This document shows, in pieces, positions 27,638 through 35,877 of a stretch of DNA of 64,000 bases. The stretch lies in IMG/VR virus record IMGVR_UViG_3300046543_000266, positions 153,606-217,605 of that record; one strand, 5' to 3'. The notes below the pieces were generated by a model, which was not told where the DNA came from, searched no databases, and saw only the letters and a program-made list of their open reading frames with translations. How positions within the stretch are numbered: position 1 is the stretch's first letter; every line of letters starts with the position of its first letter. Both the position numbers and the translations under genes were made by a program.

Positions 27638-28511
27638 TCTGGCTGGCAGCATAGCATTTCTGCCAGTAGATGATGACTTCCTTGCGGGAGATGCTCTCTT
27701 TGTACTTACGGTCCACCACCTTGACGAACGGCTCGTGCGCACGCGCCAGCTTGACCGCAGCGATGTCCGAGCGCTTGATCGTCCGCTCTTCGAATGCCCC
27801 ACCCTTTGCCCCGTAGGACAGCGGGTTGACTACGAAGTTGTTCATGATTAGATTGGGGATGCCGCGCTTGAGCAGATGCAAGGTCACGTTGAAGTCTTCG
27901 CGGAACTTGATCTCGTCGAAGCGGATGTCGTTGTCGAGTAGCGTGCGGCGGTGATGACCCATCGCGTGCATGGCGCGACCGGCTTCCATGGTTTCCTTGC
28001 GCTGCCGATTGTTGTTCTGCCGTGAAGCAATGCAGGTATGCCGATACTCACGTTCGAGCATGGCATCACGGATGAAGTCGAAGCGGCGGATCTTCTGCTC
28101 GTCGGTGAAGCCGTCCTTGAACAGGAACAGCACACCCTTCTTCTTGTACTCAGGCAGCACATCCCACTGCACCTTCTTGGGGTCGAAGGCTCGATACTTC
28201 TTGTTGCAGCGCCGGAAGAAGTACATGTCGTCGTCCATCTGGAAGATGTTGTCCGACTTGACGTTCTCGATGATCCACTGGCGCTTCTTGGCGATGCCGT
28301 CCACCGTCGGATCGTCGATAGCGTACACCAGATCGTGTTTATACTTCTTCTTTAAGGCCCGCGCATCTTCGAGGGTCGAAGTAATGAGCAGTACCTTGGC
28401 ACGCAGTTCTTCGGGGATGCCCAAGAACGTCACTTGGCGATCCACCCGTTGATGCGTTGGTATGACCAGCTGAAAGTCTTTATCAGCCACGAGGAGTCTG
28501 TTCTTGAACAT
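27633..28511 (-). CDS. GT-A glycosyltransferase (TET-associated/GREB1/base-J GT-like), paralog 1
   Basis: VIPTHQR..Q.T, KRQWI, QMDDDMYF, REDFNVTLHLLKRG, GAKGG. Confidence 0.7.
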   Translation of the reverse strand: MFKNRLLVADKDFQLVIPTHQRVDRQVTFLGIPEELRAKVLLITSTLEDARALKKKYKHDLVYAIDDPTVDGIAKKRQWIIENVKSDNIFQMDDDMYFFRRCNKKYRAFDPKKVQWDVLPEYKKKGVLFLFKDGFTDEQKIRRFDFIRDAMLEREYRHTCIASRQNNNRQRKETMEAGRAMHAMGHHRRTLLDNDIRFDEIKFREDFNVTLHLLKRGIPNLIMNNFVVNPLSYGAKGGAFEERTIKRSDIAAVKLARAHEPFVKVVDRKYKESISRKEVIIYWQKCYAASQK

Positions 28512-28522
28512 GCCCGAGCCTG

Positions 28523-29227
28523 TTAGTAGGTGAGAACGAACTTGCGGAATCCGTCAGGTGTGTTCTCGATGGAAGGGTAGCCAGTGGCCTCGACGTTGTA
28601 CTTGGTGACGCCGTGCTCGACCGTGGTGGCGGGAACCATCAGACCACGCAGTTCGAAGTCGTCGAACAGATACTCTTCCATCGTGGCTGCGTTGATAACG
28701 CGCCACTGATTGGTGTGGCCGTCCGAATGCGTGTTGTACCGGATGTAGTACTTCTTGTGACCGGTCGTCACCACCTTGGCGATCTGACGTGCTTCCTTGT
28801 CGAACTCTTCGGCGCTCTCCAGATAGTTGCCGATCTGATAGTCCACCTCATCGTACTTGGGCGGCACGTACATCTTGTTCGTGTCCTCGAAGCGGCCCTT
28901 GTCGATGGTGTTCATCCACACCTTGAACACGTCGTCTGTGTGATCGAGGAACTGTTCTTGGAACGCGTTGCGCGTGGTTGCCAGCGGACACACGAAGTCG
29001 ACGATAACCCAATGGCCTTGGAAGTGCAGCATCCGAGCCAACTGACCGAGAGTGGTTGCTTGCTTGACGCGGTCCAGGTTGGAGAAGCCCAGATGCGACG
29101 TGATGGTGCTACGCGCCCAGTCAGCGTTGACGTGGATGGCGTTCAGCTTCTGTTGGAGAACCTTTGCCAACGTGGTCTTGCCGCTGCCGGGCAAACCCTG
29201 AATGAAGATGACTTTGTTTTGGCTCAT
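28523..29227 (-). CDS. cysC: Adenylylsulfate (APS) kinase-like protein with C-terminal extension
   Basis: GLPGSGKTTLA, NADWAR...LGFSNLDR, VDFVCPL, VWMNTI...FEDT...Y..P. Confidence 0.75.
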   Translation of the reverse strand: MSQNKVIFIQGLPGSGKTTLAKVLQQKLNAIHVNADWARSTITSHLGFSNLDRVKQATTLGQLARMLHFQGHWVIVDFVCPLATTRNAFQEQFLDHTDDVFKVWMNTIDKGRFEDTNKMYVPPKYDEVDYQIGNYLESAEEFDKEARQIAKVVTTGHKKYYIRYNTHSDGHTNQWRVINAATMEEYLFDDFELRGLMVPATTVEHGVTKYNVEATGYPSIENTPDGFRKFVLTY

Positions 29228-29282
29228 GATGGTTTGTTGTGTGTAGAGAGGGAAGAGCAGTAAAACTAGGAAGAGCGATTTT

Positions 29283-29675
29283 TCAGGCGGTGCGAGCCGA
29301 GGCTTGGTACGGCTTCATGCGCGTGTGGTGGACGATGATGTACTGCGACCGGCCGCCACGCGACATGTGATCAGCGTTGACCCATTGCCGTTCGCGCGGA
29401 AGGAACGCATCGGTGAACACGTAAATGTTGCTGTCGATACGGCACAGGAACCCTTCTGCCTTCTGAGCCGCAGTTGCCAGCAACGTCCGGTCCTGGATCT
29501 CCTCGTAGTTACGGCCGAGATGCTCGTACGTCGAGGGGTCCACGATGACGTGGGTGGTGAGCCGCGGATCGATGGTCACCAAGAAGTCCGGGATGGTCGT
29601 GAACTCCTGACGGGCCAGACCCATCGGGAAGTCCTTGTTCTTGTACACCTGGACAGGCTTGATCGGATTAGTCAC
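29283..29675 (-). CDS. Hypothetical protein
   Basis: Probable GTG start at 29675 overlapping the upstream stop. Confidence 0.6.
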   Translation of the reverse strand: MTNPIKPVQVYKNKDFPMGLARQEFTTIPDFLVTIDPRLTTHVIVDPSTYEHLGRNYEEIQDRTLLATAAQKAEGFLCRIDSNIYVFTDAFLPRERQWVNADHMSRGGRSQYIIVHHTRMKPYQASARTA

Positions 29676-29808
29676 GAGTGTTCTCCAGTGCTTTACGGCG
29701 ACGCATTGCACGCACGTCATGAGCAACCTGACGTAACGTGTGAATGATGACTGCTAATGCCACGACGCCGAGCGCCAACATTATAGCGGATTGCAGCCGG
29801 GGTTCCAT
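29668..29808 (-). CDS. Small membrane protein (46 aa)
   Basis: MEPRLQSAIMLALGVVALAVIIH, read manually. Confidence 0.5.
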   Translation of the reverse strand: MEPRLQSAIMLALGVVALAVIIHTLRQVAHDVRAMRRRKALENTRD

Positions 29809-29832
29809 AGTGAAGATCCTTCAAATTGACTA

Positions 29833-29985
29833 TTACAGATTGGCCTTCTCTTTCGGGTCGCAGCACGTTGCTTCGATTGGGATAACGAAGCAGCACCACC
29901 AACAGCGTTTGGTATCCGGACCAACTACAAACGGGAAGGGGTGCGGCGACGGCGGTTCGGTGTTCTCCCCCACGTCGTTTTCCAT
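29833..29985 (-). CDS. Small Cys-rich protein (50 aa)
   Basis: MENDVGENTE...RCWWCC...TCCDP, read manually, 1 nt after the upstream stop. Confidence 0.45.
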   Translation of the reverse strand: MENDVGENTEPPSPHPFPFVVGPDTKRCWWCCFVIPIEATCCDPKEKANL

Positions 29986-29986
29986 G

Positions 29987-30271
29987 TTAGCGGCGACCCT
30001 TCGTATTGAACTTGGCCTGTTGCCGCTGCTGGAAACGCTTCTGGTCTTGACGCTGGATCTTCAGTTCGTGACGCTTGTTCGCTTCGTCGTGGTTGAAGTC
30101 GGATGCAGGTGCCTGACACGGCGTATCGTCATAGTCATGTAGCTCGCGACGTTTACGCTGTTCGATGCTCGGTGTGCTCTCGTGAACGGCGCCCTGACTG
30201 GCGAGCATAGCCATTGCTGCGACTGCCGAAATGCTGGAGCGACCACCAAGTCCAATGCGACGCTGTGTCAT
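29987..30271 (-). CDS. Hypothetical protein
   Basis: 94-aa ORF in operon. Confidence 0.6.
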   Translation of the reverse strand: MTQRRIGLGGRSSISAVAAMAMLASQGAVHESTPSIEQRKRRELHDYDDTPCQAPASDFNHDEANKRHELKIQRQDQKRFQQRQQAKFNTKGRR

Positions 30272-30537
30272 TTGCGACGTCTCCCTGTTCTAGCGCGGCG
30301 CTGTGCCTTGCGTTTGTGGTGTAGCTTGCGTAGCGCCCGGACGCGGTTGACTTCATACGCCATAAGACGTAGCTGTGAGTCAGTCAGAATACGATAGTCA
30401 ACCGCCCCCGGAACCTCGACCCATGTGAACTTCAATGGTTGTGGAAAGTAGAGGCCCATCAACGCCTTCCGGTGCGTGCGCGCTTCTGGCGCTTGCGCTT
30501 GTTGAGCTTGAGTCTGTGTTGGCGATACAAAGCCCAC
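30268..30537 (-). CDS. Hypothetical basic protein
   Basis: 89-aa ORF, ATGA overlap with next gene. Confidence 0.55.
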   Translation of the reverse strand: MGFVSPTQTQAQQAQAPEARTHRKALMGLYFPQPLKFTWVEVPGAVDYRILTDSQLRLMAYEVNRVRALRKLHHKRKAQRRARTGRRRK

Positions 30538-30634
30538 AGAGTACCGAAGATCCGCCGGTTCTCAATTTCCTCGATCTGGTTAGCAAACTCTACGGCCAGT
30601 GGATCATCCAAATCGTTCATTGTCAAAGTAGGCA

Positions 30635-31654
30635 TCAACGTTTCTCCGAATTGGCCTTCGCATACGAGAACGTCTTGTCCACCAGCGACTCGACGTTCTT
30701 GGGCAGTTGCTTGCCGACCAACCGGAAGGCGATGGCCTCGGCGATCAGTTCGTTGACGTGCTTGGTGGCATACTCGGTGACGATGGGTTCAAGGTCACGC
30801 TTGGATACACCACGCGTAGGCCACAGCGCCCGGATGTCGTCCTTGAAGTCAGCCTCGAACAGCAGGTCCAGTTCCTTCACCGACAGGGAGTGGCGCTGGC
30901 TGATACTGCGCAGTATCCACTTGTAGGTGATGGTGTCCTCTTCCGACAGGATGGACCGGAAGTCTGACGGCATGTCTTCTTGACTCAGCAGCATGTCCAG
31001 CAGCTCCTGGGACTTGTCGCGCTTGATGTCCTCGACCTTGATGCTGGTATTGTACGCCCGGATCCACGCGGCATTGAGCTTCTTGCCGGTAGCGTATTCC
31101 TTGTGGAGGTGATGGCCGAGCTCGTGGTAGATCACGTACGGATACTCCGAGAACGGCATGATCTCCGGGCGGATCTGGAACGTATGCGGCCGCACTTCGG
31201 GCTTCTTACTGCGCTTGTAGAGGCCCGCGTACTTCTCGCCGTTGAACGGGATGACTTCCCACACGCAGGTGGAGGGGTCGATGATGAAGTCGAGGCCGTG
31301 TTGCTTCAGCACCTTGGCACACTTGTCGAACGCCGCGAACAGCTTCTTGCCGAGTTCAGCTTCGGGCTTGTAGAAGAAGTGGATGGTGCCGAAGTTGTCG
31401 TGTACCTTGCGGCCCGTATGCAGGATCGACGTATCGCAGCCGTACACCTTACCCGGAACCGGCGTCGGCCCCAGATTGACGACGATGTCCTTTGTGGACA
31501 CTTCGACTGTGGACCGCAGGTTCGCGAAGTGGCAGTCCTTCTCTACTACACCAGTCACTTGATTGTTGGTCTTGCCAGTGACCTTGAACAGGAAGAGCTT
31601 GGCCTTCGTGTTGTTGGATTGGGTTCGTCCTACAGCGTAATCGCCTTTCTGCAT
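30635..31654 (-). CDS. Zincin-like metallopeptidase
   Basis: YHELGHHLH (HExxH) plus downstream EYATKHVNELIAE. RBS GGAAGG before ATG 31654. Confidence 0.7.
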   Translation of the reverse strand: MQKGDYAVGRTQSNNTKAKLFLFKVTGKTNNQVTGVVEKDCHFANLRSTVEVSTKDIVVNLGPTPVPGKVYGCDTSILHTGRKVHDNFGTIHFFYKPEAELGKKLFAAFDKCAKVLKQHGLDFIIDPSTCVWEVIPFNGEKYAGLYKRSKKPEVRPHTFQIRPEIMPFSEYPYVIYHELGHHLHKEYATGKKLNAAWIRAYNTSIKVEDIKRDKSQELLDMLLSQEDMPSDFRSILSEEDTITYKWILRSISQRHSLSVKELDLLFEADFKDDIRALWPTRGVSKRDLEPIVTEYATKHVNELIAEAIAFRLVGKQLPKNVESLVDKTFSYAKANSEKR

Positions 31655-31695
31655 GGTGCCTTCCTGTTCGTGGATAGAGATATGGTCTGGAAACG

Positions 31696-31730
31696 AAAAA
31701 TGCCCGACCCTGAGTAACAAGGCCGGGCAT
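31696..31730 (-). terminator. Hairpin + U5
   Basis: ATGCCCG/CGGGCAT stem followed by TTTTT on the minus strand. Confidence 0.6.
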
Positions 31731-31746
31731 CCGTTACTGTACAGCT

Positions 31747-31754
31747 TATTTACT
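31747..31754 (-). promoter_or_regulatory. AGTAAATA motif
   Basis: Overlaps the TAA of the upstream gene. Confidence 0.55.
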
Positions 31755-32832
31755 GCGGATCGGCAGGTTGCACCGGGGCGACCACAACGGGTTCAGCCGG
31801 AGCCGGCGTCACAGTCAGCGTGACTGCGGGTTGCTCGGCGGGCACTTGCTGGATGGCTTCTTCGAACACAGCAGCCGGAGTAGGCGATGCCGTAACCTCT
31901 TGCGCGTTGAGGTCGGGCGGCAAGCCAGCGCTCGTGGTGGTGACCGAGCCGTCTTCGTGCTGCACGCTGGCGACGTCTTGATGTTCAGACACGTCCGACT
32001 CTTCGACGCGGAAGTCCGACTCGTCAGTGCTCGGGTTGTCTTCGGTGCCGACCAAGACGCTGGCGTACAGGCCGTTGGTGCTGAACTCCGGGTACACACC
32101 GATGAAGTGCGTCCAGTACACGAGATCCGTGCCGAGCTTGGTGCGAACTTCGAAGGCGTCGACCGTGGAGTTGGTTTCCGACGGGGCGAATGCTGTGCGC
32201 AGGTTGTCGATCGTGACCTTTTCCGACAGTTCGAACAGCAGACGGTGTTGCGTGAGGTTGAACGTGCCGTTCGGATCTTGGCTGTACACCACCAGAGAAT
32301 CCGTGAGTTCGCGCGCCGACAGCGGCGAATCGACCAGACCTTCTTCGACTGCGAATGCGAAGCCGACGTGCACGCCGTCGTTGCTGTTGCTGGCTGCGAC
32401 AACCGGCTCGTTGTCACCGGAGAGCTCCGCCATGAGCTGTTCTGCGAGCGTGCCTTCGTTTGCGCTTTGCGGAACTTCGTCCGTGACCAGCAGATCGACA
32501 GCGGCTTGCTCGACGGCTTCGGAGGCTTCTGCCGTTTCGGCTTCGTCGTCCGACGCGTAATCCGCCTCGTTGAATACGAACAGATTGTTGAGCTTGAGTT
32601 CGAGTTCGCCGTCGACGTTGTAGAACTTGTACATTTCGAGGAAACCGTCGATGTCGCGGTTGTACACCTTGCCGTCGTTGTCCGCGTACACGACTTGCGG
32701 CGGATGTTGCAACTGCGTCTTGGCTTTCAGCGCAGTGTTCGTGATGAACAGGAACTTCGCGGTGCGCCCGTCTTTGCGCATCCACACAGAACCGGGCGAC
32801 AGGAATTCGAGTTGGGAAGCAGGAGTTGCCAT
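31750..32832 (-). CDS. Acidic hypothetical protein with DUF1653-like N-terminus
   Basis: VVYADNDGKVYNRDIDGF resembles the DUF1653 pattern; acidic low-complexity linkers. Confidence 0.55.
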   Translation of the reverse strand: MATPASQLEFLSPGSVWMRKDGRTAKFLFITNTALKAKTQLQHPPQVVYADNDGKVYNRDIDGFLEMYKFYNVDGELELKLNNLFVFNEADYASDDEAETAEASEAVEQAAVDLLVTDEVPQSANEGTLAEQLMAELSGDNEPVVAASNSNDGVHVGFAFAVEEGLVDSPLSARELTDSLVVYSQDPNGTFNLTQHRLLFELSEKVTIDNLRTAFAPSETNSTVDAFEVRTKLGTDLVYWTHFIGVYPEFSTNGLYASVLVGTEDNPSTDESDFRVEESDVSEHQDVASVQHEDGSVTTTSAGLPPDLNAQEVTASPTPAAVFEEAIQQVPAEQPAVTLTVTPAPAEPVVVAPVQPADPQ

Positions 32833-32905
32833 TTGAATGGGATCCTTTGTAGGAAGGGTTATAGGTCGGCCGACCTTGGCGTCTATTGGGTTGCTTTACG
32901 CAGTT

Positions 32906-32913
32906 TATTTACT
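32906..32913 (-). promoter_or_regulatory. AGTAAATA motif
   Basis: Intergenic. Confidence 0.6.
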
Positions 32914-32940
32914 ATGGTCGGCCGAGTTGCTTTTTGGCGC

Positions 32941-33261
32941 TTATTTCACGGGTTTTGCCGCTGGGACCGGCGTCTTCGTGATGTCGAATGCTTCCGCAGT
33001 CAGGTCCGAGAGTTTGGCTTGCTTGTTCGCACAGGCAGTGTACATGTCTTGCCACGTCTGCGCGGTAACGAGCGTTTCGCCCTGCGCGTATTTCCGCACC
33101 GGAAGTGTTTTCATGGGCGGACATTTCTCCAGAAGTTCTGGCGGAATATTGACCTCCTCCTTCGGTGCTACGATCGGCAGCGGCGTTGCAGTGATCGTGG
33201 GCTGACTTCCACATCCGTACAGGAGTGTGAAGACATACGACATCGCGAGATATCTTTTCAT
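32941..33261 (-). CDS. o-spanin (Rz1-like lipoprotein)
   Basis: Lipobox LLYGC, Pro-rich PPELLEKCPP..YTAC. 4-bp overlap with i-spanin. Confidence 0.75.
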   Translation of the reverse strand: MKRYLAMSYVFTLLYGCGSQPTITATPLPIVAPKEEVNIPPELLEKCPPMKTLPVRKYAQGETLVTAQTWQDMYTACANKQAKLSDLTAEAFDITKTPVPAAKPVK

Positions 33262-33707
33262 TTCGTAACTCCGGTTGGTGCCGACGCTTCGTCGGGATGT
33301 GCGGCCTCGTAAGCGTTTGCTGCGGCGTTGACAGGATCCGCGTCGATGATCTCGTTAATCGCAGACACGGTTGCTTCATCCCACCCGCACGACTTGGTTA
33401 CGACGTCGGGAACCAGCAGCTGATACTTGGTAACTACGGAGGCGCGCGTTGACGCCGCTTTGGCGTTAGCCGTAAAAATGTCACCAGCCGCCTTCATGGC
33501 CTTCTGCTCCAAGTCGCTGATCCGAGCGTTCTGCGCAGTGGTTTGCGCATTCTGCTGATCGACCATCTTTTGAATGGTCTTCTGCTGCTCGTTCCAGCCA
33601 GCGGTGTGTCCGCTGTCGTAGCCATTGCTGTGTCCGTAGCTGTACACTCCGAACAACGCGCCGAGTATTGCAACGGTCATGAGACCGTACTTCACCAACG
33701 TTGACAT
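33258..33707 (-). CDS. i-spanin (Rz-like)
   Basis: N-terminal TM helix, coiled coil, C-terminal CGWD. Confidence 0.7.
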   Translation of the reverse strand: MSTLVKYGLMTVAILGALFGVYSYGHSNGYDSGHTAGWNEQQKTIQKMVDQQNAQTTAQNARISDLEQKAMKAAGDIFTANAKAASTRASVVTKYQLLVPDVVTKSCGWDEATVSAINEIIDADPVNAAANAYEAAHPDEASAPTGVTK

Positions 33708-33718
33708 GGTCTAACCTC

Positions 33719-34759
33719 TTAGTAGAATTTCTTTTTGATCTTTTCGAGGATCTGTTGCGGAAGATTGCCCGGATCCCAGAGCGTTACTCCTGCGGCCTTT
33801 GCTGCTTTGGACGGCTCTTCCTCGTCCTTGAAGGGAATATACGGCGACCCCTTTACCGCCCACAACCGGATGACCGACAGCTTGAACATCCGCTTGATCA
33901 GTGGCCGCAATCTCTCAGTGGCATCGATACCTGCATCGTCACCATCCATGAGCAGCACTACTTGATCGACCCCTGCGATCTCAAGTAGCTTGGCCTTGTT
34001 ATCCGTCCACGACTGTGTACCGAAGATACACATAGCCGGGATGCCGTTCATGAGCAAGCGGAGTGCATCCCGCTGCCCCTCCACCAGAACAATAGTGCGA
34101 CTCTTCTTCTGCACCATCATGTCGATAGCGTAGTCGAAGGGCCAGAGTCCGTGGGTAAGCGCCCATTTGCTGCCACCTTCCGCAGCCGCCAGCAGATAGG
34201 AGGGTGCCTCCCCTGTAGGGTCTTTCTTCAAGCGCGCACGGAAGAAGCCCTGCTGCTCGCCGTTTATAATAACCGGCATGTAGATATGCTTCGTGGTTCC
34301 CCACTTCTCCCACTCGTCATTCCACTTCAGACACATACGTCCACCCAACTCGATCAGCATGTCGGTTGGGATAGTACGCCACTTCTTTCCCTTCGGCAGG
34401 TCCCAGAACTTGAACTTGTCCTTACGGTACTTCTCGGTCTGGGTAAGTGCCGCCATGCCCTTTGCCATGAACAAGTCCATAGCGAACTCTTCTTTGGGTG
34501 GACCTTGGTAGAAAGGCTCTAGTCCGATGGCTGGAGCCAGATCATCCCATTTCTTCTTGACGCCACAGCCGTAACACACGAGGTATCCGGGCGAACGCGT
34601 GCTATCACCGTGGAAGATGCGCGCTGAAGGTGTCCGCTCTGAGTGATACGGGCAACAGATGAACGTGGTGTCCCCCATCTTGCGAGTCTCACCACTATAC
34701 ATGCTGAGCTGTTGCCGCACATGCTGCAAGCGATTGCCATTCTTTACCTGATCGATCAT
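33719..34759 (-). CDS. dnaG: DnaG-type DNA primase
   Basis: Zn finger CPYH...CYGC, TOPRIM VLVEGQRDAL and MDGDDAG. Confidence 0.9.
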   Translation of the reverse strand: MIDQVKNGNRLQHVRQQLSMYSGETRKMGDTTFICCPYHSERTPSARIFHGDSTRSPGYLVCYGCGVKKKWDDLAPAIGLEPFYQGPPKEEFAMDLFMAKGMAALTQTEKYRKDKFKFWDLPKGKKWRTIPTDMLIELGGRMCLKWNDEWEKWGTTKHIYMPVIINGEQQGFFRARLKKDPTGEAPSYLLAAAEGGSKWALTHGLWPFDYAIDMMVQKKSRTIVLVEGQRDALRLLMNGIPAMCIFGTQSWTDNKAKLLEIAGVDQVVLLMDGDDAGIDATERLRPLIKRMFKLSVIRLWAVKGSPYIPFKDEEEPSKAAKAAGVTLWDPGNLPQQILEKIKKKFY

Positions 34760-34768
34760 GATGAATGC

Positions 34769-35479
34769 TCAGAGGGAGTCGATAGACGGGTCCTTGTACA
34801 GTAACACTTCTAACGCATTCATCGCTTTGCTGAGCCCGTCGGTGCCCGTGAATGCCTTGGTCCAGGAGTACCACTTGGAGCACACGAGTTGCGTGTAGAT
34901 GAACACAGGGCGATCAACAATCGGCGGGAACCTGTAGAACACGTAGCGCGTCGGATCTGCGCGTCGGATCTCTTCGATGAAACCATCTTCGGTAGTCCAC
35001 GCCAGCCTGACACTGCTATTTACCGCGTCGAAGATACCAGTCAGGTGGATGACTTTGCCTGACGACATCAAGGTGAACGTGGCGTGCTCACTCAGATTGT
35101 TGATGACCGCAGCATAGCCTCCATGGTCAGCGGCAATAACCAACTCATCGTCGACCTCCAGCAGCAGCCGATGCAGCTTATACAGCTGACGGGCACCGTC
35201 GAACCGCGAGTCCAGATCGGCGAGCTTCTCTTTGAGGAGCAGTGCCGTATGCTCGGACTGCGGCTTCTTATCAGCCAGTACCGTTACCGTCATGTACTTG
35301 TTGCGCTGTGGAAGCGCCACGGTTTCAGCGGCCCACCTGTCACCAAGCTCTAATGTCGAGAACAGGCCACGAGTGCGGCTCTGGGTGTGGTTGCCGTGCT
35401 GCGGCTTCGACCCCTCCAACTGCGGGAACTGTCTGATAGGGGTAGTTGCTGCGATTGTCAGCGATCCGTAGATTGCCAT
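34769..35479 (-). CDS. Hypothetical protein
   Basis: 236-aa ORF in the replication module. Confidence 0.65.
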   Translation of the reverse strand: MAIYGSLTIAATTPIRQFPQLEGSKPQHGNHTQSRTRGLFSTLELGDRWAAETVALPQRNKYMTVTVLADKKPQSEHTALLLKEKLADLDSRFDGARQLYKLHRLLLEVDDELVIAADHGGYAAVINNLSEHATFTLMSSGKVIHLTGIFDAVNSSVRLAWTTEDGFIEEIRRADPTRYVFYRFPPIVDRPVFIYTQLVCSKWYSWTKAFTGTDGLSKAMNALEVLLYKDPSIDSL

Positions 35480-35499
35480 AAGAACCTCTGTGGGTATGG

Positions 35500-35877
35500 T
35501 TAGTGAGCGGACGAATGCGTGGCCTGAACAACCGGCTCTGAGCGTATCGTCCCACCGAAAGCGTGAGCAAGCTCAACAGGATTCTCGATATCAGTGTCCA
35601 ACAGCACTTCGATGATATTGTGAATCATGGTCTCCACGCCTTCGGGGATAGAGTAGAAGAACGCCGAGTATAGTTCGACATCCCAGATTGGAACCATCAC
35701 CGCGGCGCTTACCACTGCGTCGTACGAGGTGAGGATCACCTGATGGTTAAGCATCCCTGCGACCTTGATAACGTACAGCATGTAGACCACAGGGGTGCCC
35801 TTCTTCTCTTCATCAAATATTGCCCATTCTTCGTCACCCACACGGTCCACGCTGTACCGAATGGTTGTCGTGGTCAT
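35500..35877 (-). CDS. Hypothetical protein
   Basis: 125-aa ORF, ATGA overlap with the polymerase stop. Confidence 0.65.
   Translation of the reverse strand: MTTTTIRYSVDRVGDEEWAIFDEEKKGTPVVYMLYVIKVAGMLNHQVILTSYDAVVSAAVMVPIWDVELYSAFFYSIPEGVETMIHNIIEVLLDTDIENPVELAHAFGGTIRSEPVVQATHSSAH

Noticed and set aside
29717-29902. 61-aa ORF in the track
   Set aside because: Two other frames (29833-29985 and 29668-29808) give better-coupled, more protein-like small ORFs.
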